A stretch of 64,000 bases of DNA from Amoeboaphelidium protococcarum X5. Its lineage: Eukaryota > Fungi > Aphelidiomycota. A program made the translations under genes and the position numbers. Positions 41,807 through 55,207 of this stretch are shown here, one piece after another (positions within the stretch are counted from its first letter, which is position 1; every line of letters starts with the position of its first letter). The notes below the pieces were generated by a model. That model was not told where the DNA came from. It did no database searches and saw only the letters and a list, made by a program, of their open reading frames with translations. The stretch is taken from contig JALDTO010000098.1 of the NCBI GenBank assembly GCA_023515725.1, positions 646,164 through 710,163 of the forward strand. Direction: 5' to 3'.

Positions 41807-44800
41807 ATGTTACCTCGTATTGTTAATCCTCAAGGCATGAAACAATGGGTGGTGTTTAATCTACTACTTTTGTGGATTAATCTATCAACCACCATTGCGC
41901 AGGCCATGATATTAACTAATCGTGTCAACTACAGAAGCGTGTTTTACGAAGGTAATAATAGGATTTATATTTATGGTACATTTCAAGGGCAGAATAACTT
42001 GCAAAATAAAGTGACATCTCCCACCATCTACATTGGTTAGTCTGGTGGTATTGATTTGTTTATTGAAGAGTATGATATTACTGGTAATCTGATGAGCCAA
42101 GTGCTCCTTGGTGGTACGGCTAATGATATTGAGCCTGTGATGGATATTGATCGCACCACTGGCTATCTTTATCTCGGTGCTTCCAGTAAGAGTAAGTCTG
42201 CGCGTAAGAATAACAGGTCTCCTTACTTTGGTGTGAATTGTAATGGCAGAGTGAATCCTGTCATCTCCATGTTCTAATTGAGCTCAACAAGTGCTATGGA
42301 CTTTGTGGAATCTACCTGCCTAGCCACCTCTGCTGATTCTGCTATTGTCCATATTATGGGTGGTGTGTATAATGATGAGAATCAAGTCTATATTTTGTAC
42401 ATTTCCGGCACCACACGTTTAGGTGTGACAACTAATGTGGTGTTGATGACATCTTACGCAGTTACTGCCTCTGGGCTATCTGGCTCTGCTAGTATTAATG
42501 CGCTGCGTATGTAAGCTTCAACCGCATTCAAGGCTGATCAAGTCGTTGGTGGACTGGGTACGAGTCCTTTCTATGCAATGACCGATGGCAATTCTTTGCT
42601 TGTGGTACAGCCTATGACCACATGTATTTGGTCAATATGGTTTGGTTTTACGTGTAATATTAATGCTGTCGCTGGCCAAGTGTCCTCTTTGACTTCTGCT
42701 GACTGTCGTACGGGAGCATGTAAGATATTTGGTACCACGTCATAATCTGTTACTTCGAATTTTGTCGTGTCGCCATCAGTTGCCTCTCCTGTTGGAGTCG
42801 TTATCACATTGAGCACTTCTGTGTCCGTTGTTAATGTTGTTTATTTGAGAGATATTGGCACCGCTGTCGGTTTTTATGATGACGTTGCCGCTAATCAGTA
42901 CATAGCTATTGGAAGCTCTTATGCTAATCCTTCGTAGTTCTCAATAGTTATGGCAAAGTATGACTCTGGATCTGGAAATTTGGTTAGCTCTTTTGTTCCT
43001 CAGGTGGCTAATCTTTAGGAGCCTGTTGGTATTGGGGGTACTTAGGCTGCCAATAGTGTCGCGATTGGTTTGGCTTAACCGTCTAGTGGAAGTCATTTGA
43101 GAATAATTCCGTATCCTTATCCTATCACTACCACCACTACTACAACGACGACTACATCCACGACGACTACCACAACTACTACTACTACAACTACGACTAC
43201 ATCCACGACCACCACCACAACTACCTCTACTAAGACTCCAACGACAACTACAACAACGAGTACAAAGACTCCTACTACTAGCACTACCACCACTAAGAGT
43301 CCAACGACAACAACTAGTACTAAAACTTCAACCACAACAACGACGTCGACTTCCTCCAAGAGTACCACCACGTCAACTTCCACTACTACGTCGACAACCA
43401 CCTCCACTAAATAGTTGCCTACCTCTACAACCACTGTTCCTATGACAAGTACAATCACCTCCACTAGTGCTAGCACTACGTCTTCGACTGGATAAAGTAG
43501 CAGTATGTTGACTTTAATTGCGACTAGTACTTCTTCCACTGCAGTTGTTTTTACTTCGCTGGCTACATCATCTGCAACTGTGTTGATTTCATCCACGTCC
43601 TCACCTCCTACCACCACATCTATGGAATCTATCACAACTGTTACTGGAACTGATTTTACTTCCTTGTCTGCGTCTATCAGTGAAGTGGTACTAAGTTCTT
43701 CAGTCACTAGTGAGACCCCTCAGTTTAGCTCAGTTTCTACCGTTGGCGTTAGCTCTACTACTGCCTCGACGTCGACTTTATCGACTTACTCTGCAATGTA
43801 GTCCGCTAGTGTCTTGAGTTCTAATATGATCACCTCTTCCTAGTATTCTTCGCAATAGTCTTCAGATTTTGTATCTACAGCCACTACTGTAGTCACGTAG
43901 GTTTACACGTCTACCGCTTAATTGACCACTGCAGATTTGTTAACGAGTTTAATCCTTTCAGGTGGTCAGTCTGCTTCAGATGAGTCTTCCACTAGTACAT
44001 AGAGTACGTTGTCTACAGCTTACATTAGTGCAACTAACAGTGTTACGGTAGGTACTATGGAGTCTACGTAAAGCTCTCTGACCTTGGCAACTGAATAAAG
44101 TACAAGTTCCTTTGCCACTATTGCATCCGAAAGCTCTGCCTTGGTAAGTACGTCTAGTAATAGCCAATAGTCTACTTTGTCAGATATTTTGTTCACTGGT
44201 TCGGCATCTTTAGTTAGTCTTAGCACATAAAGTAGTCAATCTACGGTTTAAGCAATTAGTCCGACCACTACAGCTTTGGAGACTACTTCGGTATCATAAT
44301 TGTCTACGATGAAGACACTGAGCACTGTTGGAGTTAACTCGCAGTCTTCGTCTGTGAGCGTTGAAAGTACTACTGATGTGATTGTATCGTCGTAATCGAC
44401 TTTTATTTAAAGCGCAAGTTTTGCTGATACTACTACTGCAAGTGAAGGGTCATTTCTTAGTCAGTCAAGTTAGGCCACAACGGATACTGTTGCAAGCACT
44501 TCTACTGTGTCCCCTTTAATGTCAACGATGTCTTCACAATCGAGTAGCGCTGTGATTTTGGAAATTACTAGCTCTTCTTAGTCGACTGGGTAGTCTTCAG
44601 GATCGATTGGAACTGTTACGATATTGTCCTCAGATGCTGTCACCTAGACTTCATCCGGCCTTGCTACTACTTCTGCTGAAAGTTTAACAATCGAGGTGTC
44701 TTCAACAATTGTATAAACGACTACGGAGTTACCTGCAACTAGCTTCTTCATTGATACTGTGGTAACTTCGGCGAGCGCGGTCTCATCTTCGAGCTAATTA

Positions 44801-47800
44801 ACGTCATTGGAAGTTTCTTTAAGTACATCTGTATTGTCATTTAGTTCCACATTGAGCGCTGGATAAAGTACAAGCATTTTGGCTCAAAGCGAGTCGGTGG
44901 TTAAGACTGCAAGTTCTGTTGGTATCGTATAGAGTTCAAATTTCTCTTCCAGTACCATTTCGACTGTTTTGGCTACTGCTGTGGTTGATGACCATACTTC
45001 TACGCTTGTTTAGATCTCAAGTGCTACTCTAGACTCATTTACAACTGTTAACTCAGCTTCCACAAATGCAAATGTATATTCGTCCGACCATTTTTCTACT
45101 GTATCTGCTGCAGGGCCTTGGACCTATAGTCAGACTACTAGCTCCAACTTGCTGAGTTCTATCGCTATGTAGACATCTGTGTCTGACAGTGCTTTGACTA
45201 GTATTTCCTCACTAGAGACCTATACTTCCGAGGCTACTACTGTTGTTACCACTACCACTGTATAATCCTCCACTTATGTACCGATTTATAGTGTTTCCTC
45301 GATTGCATAGTCTACTTTATCAGAAGAGTCTGTTTTGTCAACATCGTAGTCAACATCTGTCGCAGTAAGTTCTGTTGTTGAGTTGGAAACAAGTAGTATC
45401 GTTGCAACTGTAACTGGTGTTGAAAGTTCAGCGACAATGTAATTTGGCACTAGCAGTTAGTTGGGAGAACCATCTGTAGGATAGAGCTCCACAGGTGTTA
45501 GCTAGTCTGACGCTACAGTTTCTTTGTCATCAACTTAATCTGCAACTGATATTGTGACTACTACTAGTGCTCTCGGTGTTGATGTTTAAACTACAAGCGA
45601 GTTGCTGTCTGTTCACCTGTCAAGTAGTTCTTTGGGCTTGACGACTTAATCTGATGTTAACTCTGATACAACCACATCTGGTATTTTGTAATATGCGTCA
45701 TCGTCTACTAGTCTCACGGTTGCTTTTACGTCTGAGGAAATCTACATCACTAGTATTATTTAGTTGCCATTGTCTAGTAGCTCGGAGTTTACCGAGGTGA
45801 ATTACACGTCTACATTGCTCATTGAGACAAGCTCAGCTATAGTGGAGACTATTAGTGAATCTGTTGCGCCAGTTTCAACATCGTATAGTTCCCAAAAAAC
45901 AGTGCCTGATGACGTCTCCACTTCGATTGTCGCTGTTACGGACACTTCTTTGTTTGGAAATTCTACATCTACAGTAATTGATGTAACATCCAGTGTATTT
46001 AGTTTAGTCTACACGACATCTTTAGTCGTACTGCCCGGTGTTGATTCCTCGCTGCTATTGGTTTCCGCTACCACATCTGTAGATGATATACAGTCAACTT
46101 TGACATCAAGTGACACGCTGACTTGGTCCTCATTGAGCTGGTCATCTGATAGTGCTTCTTCGAGTATTGGTATAACTTCTGCTAATTCTAGTACTGTGTA
46201 TCAGGGGACTTCCACAATATTTTTAGAAAGTATCACAGCAACTTCAGTGGAAACTACTCAGCCGTTGTTTACGACTAGCTCTGACGATTCTACATCCATC
46301 GAGATTGCTATGACCAGTTAGACAGATGAATATTCTTCACTGAGTACTTCTACTATAGGCTTCGTTAGTTCACTTGATAGTACATCGCTTGTGTCTACTG
46401 CGTTTGTATAGTCCATTACCTCGACTTCTTCGGCTTTTGCTACTGTCTCCTCCAGTGTAACATCATCTGAATAAGATAATTTCACTTCTAACTCTGTGGA
46501 AGTTGTGTTGACGACGTCTATTGTTTAGTCATCCACCGAAGCTGTCTTTGCGACATCAAGTCAAGACATTGTATCTAGTTCTAGTTCTAGTGTTAGCGAT
46601 AGTATTACTTCATCATTTTCGCTGTCGACAAGTTGGCTGGTTTCTTAAATTATAGTAGATGAAACTTCAACGCTCGGGGAAATTTATACATCGGCAGTGC
46701 TGGCTACCACTACATCATCTGAGTAGTAAGTGAGTGAAAGTGTTACTATGACTTAATAGTCGAGCATTACTGGTGTCTCTGATTAAGTAACTTTAACTGA
46801 TGTAACATCCACGGAGTTTTTGGGCGTTTATACTACATTTGGAGTAACTTCAGTTAGTGGAACAACGTTGTTGGCCTCAGAGTAGATTGTAACTAGCTCT
46901 CTGGTGTATAACAGTACTATTAGTAAAAGTATTCTGTCTAGTATCACTGTCTTACCATAATCTACTACTGGCTAGTTTAGTTCTTTCAGTACTGATTTGG
47001 TGTAATTTAGCCCGTCTTCTCCTGTTGAATCGTCATCTGTCGATGTAACTCCAGTTGTGTCTGATATACATACCGAAACATCAGTTTTGCCAGTGACATA
47101 AATGCAGACGGAAACTGTCGAGATTAAAACGCTGCCAAGTTCATTATAATCCTCGGACTTAGTGATTACGTCTCTGGTAACATCTTCTTTTGATGGAACG
47201 AGTTATGGTATTGGAAGTCGAATTAGTACTTTAAGCGTTGGTTCATCCTCTGTTATCATAACATCTACTACAGATGTGACGATTCCAGTTGATACTTTGT
47301 CATCTTCAGTTTAGGAAACAACTAGCACTGTCTCATTTACCTCGGAATCTGTGTCACCTATTACTTCGATACTTACTGATATGAGTTCCGTCACCTCTGA
47401 AGATATCGGATTAATGAGTTCATAGTCTGTGGCTGCTACAACGTTGTCAATTTAAACAACTCTGGCCGAGTAGTCAGGAAGCTCTATTTAATCTTTGTGG
47501 ACCACCAGTGTGTAGACTGCTGAGGTCAGTTCTGATCTTGGAAGTACCTCGACTGCGTCCCCTATATTTACTTCATCAATTATGTCTGATGCTTCCATTG
47601 AAGTCTCAACGGTAGGTACGGCATCTATGTACCAAGGTCCTTTGACCAATGCTATTAGTTCTGCGAGCGCCGAGTCTAGTTCTACTACCTTGTAATCCAG
47701 TGATATAGTGGACTCGTCTACTAGGTCGCTGGTTAGCACGGCTTCCTCTGTTTTAATGGATGTGTCTACTTCTATAACACAGTCTACTGAGATGACGTCC

Positions 47801-50800
47801 CAGTATTCCTCAGTTGTTACTAGCTTTGCCGTATCTGATGGCAGCAGCAGTTTGCTGATATTGTCGACTCAAATTAGTAGTACGGATTAGGTGCATTCTA
47901 CGTTGTTTCAAACTTCATATGGAGTGGGGTTTTCATCTATGGTTAGTTCAGAAATTGAATCAATGAGTGCTGCTAGTTCAATCGTTGACTTTACTGCTTC
48001 TTCAATTGAATTATCTACTGTGACTACAAATGCTGATACTTTTACCTCGACTATATTGATGGAAAGTTTGACTAGTTTGGAATCGTCATCTGCTACCATT
48101 GCTTAGCCTGAGGTTTCCTCAACGGAAATGGCAACTACGACGTCTTCAACTTAGAACGAAGTCACGTCCTACGAGTCAGCGATTGCAACGTCTGTAACTT
48201 TTGTCGTAACACCTGATAGCTCCTTCGTGTAAGATGGTGGTATGACTTGGAGCACGGCTATGACTTAGGTTCCGTCTACTGCTTTGAGCGTTTCTAGTGA
48301 TTATCCTGGCTCTACATCTTCCGAGATTATAACGTCTATTACTGCAGTCCCTACTTCTGATAGTCTGCTGATTTCTGTAACTTCTAGTACTGAAGCATTA
48401 TCTTCAAGCGAAGTTAGTGTCTATTCATCAGTGCTGGAGACCTTGACTGTATAACTATCCAGTAATCATTACGTTACTTTGACGAGTGAACCAGTGGTTT
48501 AGTCCTCCTTATCTAAGTAGGACTTTTCTACTTCTGTGGAAGAGATTACTTCGTCAACCGTGCTATAATTCGCTACTTCCAGCAGTATTATTGCATCGTC
48601 GACGTTCGATATAACAACGTCGGATGATGTGAGAACGTCATTATTAAGTGACATAGTTGGTACTATCAGCAAAGACTTTACTGTAACTTCTGCTACTTTG
48701 TAGTTGACTACAACTATTACTGCAGAACCAAGTTCAACCGTAAGCGAAATGGTAAGCTCTTCGTAGATTGATGGATAAATCAGTTCAACTTTGCTGTATG
48801 AGGCATCATTTGCGTCTTCATTGGTATCTACATGGTTGGTATCACAGTCTTAGTCAACCACTATGGACGTTACTTAATCTCTGACCGCATCTTCGATTGC
48901 TGTATCAAGTGCCTCTGAGGTGTAGACTTCCTCTGTTCTTGTTGATACGTAAGTATTGCTTACCTCTAGTTTTCTGCAAGCGGTGTCTTCTGAAGTTCCT
49001 ATTACATCAGTTACAAGTAGTATAAGCCTAAGTTCAATGGAACCAAGCTCTGCCGTCACAGAATAACCAACTTCGTCTATTACTACATCTGAATTGTCTT
49101 CATCACTGATGCTTTCTAGTACTGTGCTGGAGACCATTAACGTTGGTACAACTACATTGTATGAAAGTAGTACGTTCGCCTTTAGTTCTCTTGATGATGA
49201 GGTGACATCCACTTTGCTGTCAAGTTAGATGGTGTCCACAGCAAGTACTTTTTAATAATCAGAAAGTTTGTCAACTTCTTTGGTATCATTAACTGAGTAA
49301 TTAAGTAGCGTTGTTTCGACCATGAGCTCAACACTGGATTCCATGGCGACATCGTCTGCATCAGAATTCATAGCATCAACATTGTCCGCTGGCCTCAGTC
49401 CATCAAGTACGTCTTCTCTTGAAAGTGCGATCACTTCATCAGATGCTGTTTCTTAAGGCACGACTGCTGTAAATGACTGGGTCTCGACTTAGACTTCTAG
49501 TTAGGAGATCCTCACATCTAGTGATTTGACCAGTGGCTCATTATTCACGTCGACTTCCAACGAGCTGAGTAGTGTTTTGTAGACCTCTGAAAGTTCTTAC
49601 CTAGTCACGTAATCTATTGAGTCCTCGACGTCGTCGGTATCTGAAGATGGTCTTATCTTCAGCACCTCATCAATTGTAGATGGTACTACCTATGGTGATT
49701 AGAGCACTGCATCGGTTACCTCTTACACTGAAAATTTGTCTTCGGTCGGCTTTGTAACTGCTACTAATGGTTATTCTTCGTCTTAGGCGCTCACTGAGGT
49801 CCAAACTTCGGAGATACTCCATACTACTTCCTCTTAGGTTGTTTATACTGATGTGTTGACTAGTATTTAGACGGAATTATCCGTATTCACTACTGTGACT
49901 AGTTCAACTTAGTCCATTATGATGTCTTCATCTTCAGTGGGTACATTCGCGACTGTGTTGAGTACGTCGTCAATGATTGCATCAGAAGTATGGAGCACCA
50001 TGACAGAATCGTCAACCGCTTTGGTCCTGGAGACTAGCAGTCATTTTAGCTTGACTAAGACTGCAGTGTTATCAAGTAGTCTGATGGGATCTTAATCTAC
50101 GGCTGACTTTGTTACTTCAATGGAATCTGGTCAGCATAGCTCAAGCGTGTTTGGTGGTATGAGCATTTAAACGTCTGCCACTTCAGTAGAAAGTACTACC
50201 TTTACTTCTTTGATGAGTTCTGTGGTGGAATATGCTGCATCAGAAACTTTGTCGGATGCAATGACTACGGTTCTGTCCACTTCTTAGCTTGGAGCGTAGA
50301 CAACTGTTCTGTTGCAATCTAGTACCTTGTCTGAGTCAGTTTATTCTGAGCCTTTAACACAGACAGATATTGTATCGGTCACTACTGGATTGGGTGGTTC
50401 TACTGGTACTGTGGACGATTCTATCACGTTTTCTGTAGAAAGTTCTAGCATCGATTTGTTACCAACTACAACACAAGTTTTTACTAGTTCTGAAGTTATA
50501 ACCTCGTCAGTGACTGTAGAAAGTAATTTCGTTTCCAATGAAGAGACCTCTACTGTCATAATGGAATATACTTCTACTGTAGCCACTTATGAATCTAACA
50601 CGTCCTCTGATGTGTGGACTTCTAGTAATGCGGAGTCGTTATATGTATCAGCACACTCCGAGACGACTTCAGAATTAGTTGCTGCAACTACTACTCTGGC
50701 TACTACTCTGGCTAATCCTTCTTCTTCGATTGAAGGTGGCGTCTTGTCTACCGAGTCTGTGAACTCCGCTGTTTAGACTTAAACATCATCGTCTTTGACA

Positions 50801-52738
50801 TCTGTTTAGGAAAGTGAATCAGTTGTTACTTCAGATAACAGTGCTATGGAGACCTTATTTATGACATCCACTGAGCTTGTCACTGAGACTACACTGGAGC
50901 TGACTTCTACTTTGACTGGGTATAGTTCTACAAGTAAATCTTTGTCTGATGAAGCATCTTCCACTGAATTTATTGGCACCACACATTCTGCAACTCATGT
51001 GACAAGCACGCTGACATCTGACGTTACGTCAACTGCTTTAATCTCTGAGCTTCCAACAGTATCTGAGTTTGTCACTTCAAGCGTGGAATTATCATCTGTG
51101 CTGACTGATAGTCCTATGACAAGTTCTATGCAGGAGATTTCGACTGTGTCTCTGAGTGCCTCTTTAGAATTGCATAGTTCAATGATTTCTGATGTTACCA
51201 CTTCAGTTCTATTGACGATATCCGAATCCTCTTCCGTGGATGATGTATTCAGCTAGACATTGATTGAGACCTCTACTGCTGAGTCGACTTAGATCTTGAC
51301 AACAACTTTGTCTTCAGATTATACGTCTACATTGATCGCAGATCCTGACCATACAAGTTCGACCGTAGTGTTGGATTAGACGTCTAGTTTCGCTTAATCG
51401 ACTGAAGACGCTGCTACTACATCTGTGGACTCTAGTGAGTTGTTAACTGCCACCAGCACTGATATTCTGGTGACTACTATTGGCTAGAGCTCTGTTGAAG
51501 ACGTTTTTGCTACTTCATCTGCACTTGAGAGTGTGAGCACCAGTATTGAGACATCTGTATTGTCCGTGTCAAGTGAGTATCCGGTGTCGTCTGTTACTGG
51601 CCCAATGAGTTCAACAACTTCCGAGCTAGTCACTTCGACCCCAATAGAGACGGTTATAACGTCCTCTAATGCAGTTGATGGTGCATCGACAAGTACTATA
51701 TATGCAGAATCCACTTAAGAGATATCAAGTTCTGAAGCATATACTACTCAATTATAATCTGTGGCTGATGCCGAGTCTTCTGCTACAAAATCATCATAAG
51801 TCTATAGCTCTGAACTGACTAGTTTGACGTTGACTCAGTTTTCTGCGACATAATCCTCATTGCCTGATAGTGTGTACACGTCGTTTATGACCACAAGTGC
51901 AGCTCCGACTGAGAACACTGTGTAGTCGACAAGCGAGCCGCAGACGTATGAAGTTGTCTCTAGTTCTGAAAAGAGTGTTGAAGACTTTACCACTGCTGGC
52001 TTTGAAAGTTAGTATGTGTCATCACAGAGTTTGATTGTGGCATCCACTACTAGTAATGCTGAGGCAAATGTTTCTCCTATTGCTGTAGATACAGGAATTA
52101 ATCAATCTACAATTGGATAGCAAAGCACGCGTAGTAATTATAATGCAAACATTGCTGGTAGTGTTACCACTTCACTTTATGGAAGCTTTGGCACCGTGTC
52201 ATCTTAAATAACCTCTACAAAAAAGAACAATGATGACGATGTTATTGAGCAAGCGTTTGGCAATGGAAACAACATGCAAATGATCATCATTGCTAGCATA
52301 GTTGCGGGTACGCTGTTCTTTGCATCGGTAGGTATTGTGGCTATTAGGAGAAAGAGAGGAAAAGGTAATAAGATTAGTGCTTTCACAGTGCAGAATCTGA
52401 ATAGTGGTTTCTTCAAGTCTAGATCTGGATTCTTTGGCCGTAATCGTGTATAGCCAACTAGCTCTGCGATGATCGCTCCAAGAAGCTCTGTGAGTGTTGA
52501 TAGTCCGTACTCGATAGTGGACATAAGAGTTGATCATGAAGATCCTGGTGTGCGTGATTTCCGCTCCGGACAGCCACTAGCAGCCATTTCAGAACAGTCT
52601 GGTTTCACAATTCCAAACTCGTCTGAAGACCCAATGCCAATGTCTCGTTACACTCTCCCACTGACATCCAAGGATCTTGATGGACGGGATAGCCTTTATG
52701 ACAATAGCCCTTCTGGGAATGGTAATCAATATTTTTGA
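41807..52738 (+). CDS. Giant type-I membrane mucin/adhesin-like glycoprotein (~3,643 aa)
   Basis: All + strand ORF-track fragments from 41807 to 52738 share one frame and break at TAA/TAG. Signal peptide, ~430-aa globular N-domain, Thr-rich tract, ~3,000-aa Ser/Thr stalk, TM (IIIASIVAGTLFFASVGIVAI, ~52280-52345) followed by RRKR, ~130-aa tail. Not every codon was checked for TGA. Confidence 0.82.
43126..43410 (+). repeat. ACN-codon poly-Thr tract with TSTK(T/S)PTTTT repeats inside the mucin gene
   Basis: Direct reading: TTTTTTTTTSTTTT...TSTKTPTTTTTTSTKTPTTSTTTTKSPTTTTSTK. Confidence 0.9.
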
Positions 52739-53026
52739 TATTGGTTGATAGGTTGAAATTTAAAATGAATGAATGAAATAATGAATGAATGAGATTTAAA
52801 ATTACATCAATGTCTTGTTCGTCTTTACTTCATAGTGCCAAGTGCTGTGGCGATCGGGCAAGGGAATGAGCTTAACGACTGACCACTGGAGAGCGGGAGA
52901 GCGGGAGAGAGCGAGAGAGACAGCGCAGCAACGCGTCTTTAGTTCTTCAGCGTTAACTTTGCTCTTTCAATTCTTTGGCACTTAACGGGAACACTGATTC
53001 TATTTTGAGAGTAGTACAACAGCATA

Positions 53027-55092
53027 ATGAACAACAATACCAACACTGATAGCGTCAATGGCAGCGAACATAGTCACTAAAAGCGAAGAGTCAAATTTGG
53101 CGACTTTGGTGATTTCGATATTAGTACAAAGATTTCATATTCGGTACGTTTTCATTCACATTATTTGACTATTGACTATGTTATTAATGTGTGTAGAATC
53201 CATAATAAGCTTTCGATTATCGCAATAAAGGTTAGATTATGCTTATGAATTATTATCATATCGCGAAGTATTATGGTTCATGTATTGTAGTCGGTCATAT
53301 GAGAATATTTGGATAGGCACTCAACCCGTTCCCGCGATAAAGTGATGACGATGGAGCCAGCGGGATATTATCATAGTAGTCATAGCAGTAATAATAATAA
53401 TAGTAGTAGTAGTAATAGCAAGAACAATAGTAATAACAGCAAAGTCAACCATCGAGGTGGGCCGGTCTCTTTGGAAGTAATACTGCGTCTGCCAATGCCC
53501 CCGGTGTCGCGGTCCATGGCACGTAGAATCGATAAGTAATGACCAATGGCAGTTCAAGTGGCGGTGATAGTTAACAGCGAAGTCCGCTCTCTATATAGAC
53601 TTCTGAGGACAATACATCCTCCCTTGTTAACCCAAGTCTCCTTTAAGGGTAGTCCGTCTAGATGATTAAATTGTACGAGATTGTCAAGAATTACAAAGTT
53701 GCAATGCACAATTACATATGGCTTCCGAGGGGCCTCATAAATAGAGGTAACATGTGTTATATGAATTCAGTGCTTCAGGCGTTGCTATACTGTGCACCAA
53801 TGTATCACTTACTTGACAGTATTGCCAAATCTGTGCCACACGATTTCAAGTCCAAAACTCCACTTATCGACTCGCTGATCATGTTCATTCAAGAATTCGC
53901 TGCTGTGGATGCATCTTAGTATCAGCACTTGGAGCATGAAATGGCTGGCGCACATTATCATCAGCAATCATTTCTACCAGAGTATGTGTATGATGCTCTC
54001 AGGGCAGATAAGAGATTCAACTCATAGAAGGGATAGTAGGAAGATGCAGAAGAGTTTCTCGGATTTTTGCTTGATGGTCTACATGAAGAGTTTCTATTGG
54101 CGGCTAGTATTGGATCTTAAATGCAATAACTGGATGACACACTGGCTTCACCAACATCTTAATCATCTCGTGTGTCCAGCTCTCAATAACCGTCTGTACC
54201 ACCACCGCATGGCTCATCATCATCTCAATCTTCATCGCCCACTAGCGAGAGTGGTGGTGGTGGTGGATGGGTTGAAATAGGTGCGCGTAATAGGCCGGCC
54301 TTGAAGAGAAATGTATCAATACCATAGAGTCCGATTACCAGGATGTTTGGTGGATAGCTTCGATCGATTCTCAAGGCACCAGGATCTAAAGACTCCATAA
54401 CTATTGAGCCGTTCTATGCGCTCCAGCTGGACATTACACCTGATGGTATAACGACACTTGAAAGTGCCATCTTGAATTTGAGTAAGCCCGATCAGTTGGA
54501 AGAGTATCAGATTCCTAGTGGAAAGAAGGTTACTGCATCTAAATAGTTGTTTATTGAATAGCTACCTCCTGTGCTCATACTCCATCTTAAACGTTTTATA
54601 TTTGAAAATGGGGAGACGTAGAAGGTTAGAAAGAGTATTACTTATCCACTCAGGCTCAAAATTACACCAGCTTCATTCTCTCCAGTGACTAAGCCAACTC
54701 AATCTATACATTATCAGCTGTTTGGTGTTGTCTATCATCATGGAAAGTCTGCCACTGGTGGGCATTACACTTGCGCCGTCAAGTCTCAATTCAAAGTAAG
54801 CAGTGGTATTCAGTCACCACTAAAGCGGCCCAATGATAGTGATAAGGCAAGTGGTAGTAGTGGCGGCCGGTAGCCCTCAGATGGTTCTAATGTTGATAGT
54901 GGTAGTAACAATCTGGACGCGTAATATAAATGGCTTCATTTTGACGATACTCTCATCAGTCATGTGGATGTTAGCAAGGTACTAGAGTCGAGTGGGGATA
55001 GGAATGAGTACATTTTGTTCTATATCAGGTCTTCACTGCTGAGTCAAGTCTCAAATGAACAGGATAAGCGACAGAGTGGCCTCAAAGAATGA
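53027..55092 (+). CDS. UBP3: Ubiquitin-specific protease UBP3/USP10, two 5' introns around a ~34-nt exon
   Basis: N-terminal FGDF. PRGLINRGNMCYMNSVLQALL (Cys box), G(TAG)(TAG)EDAEEFLGFLLDGLHEE, SPITRMFGG, LHLKRF, VVYHHGKSATGGHYT, WLHFDD. Confidence 0.9.
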
Positions 55093-55207
55093 TCATGTAC
55101 TGTAGGTGTAAGAATACGCAATAGAAACTAAAAGAGTAAAAAGCACATGCATAATAAAGTTCTATTATATTCAAGTGATCCTTAACCATGGTTGGTATTA
55201 GGAACTT

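Noticed and set aside
43117-52537. Minus-strand Val/Glu/Asp-rich ORFs (e.g. poly-Val 43117-43707)
   Set aside because: These are antisense shadows of the Thr/Ser codons of the + strand mucin ORF.
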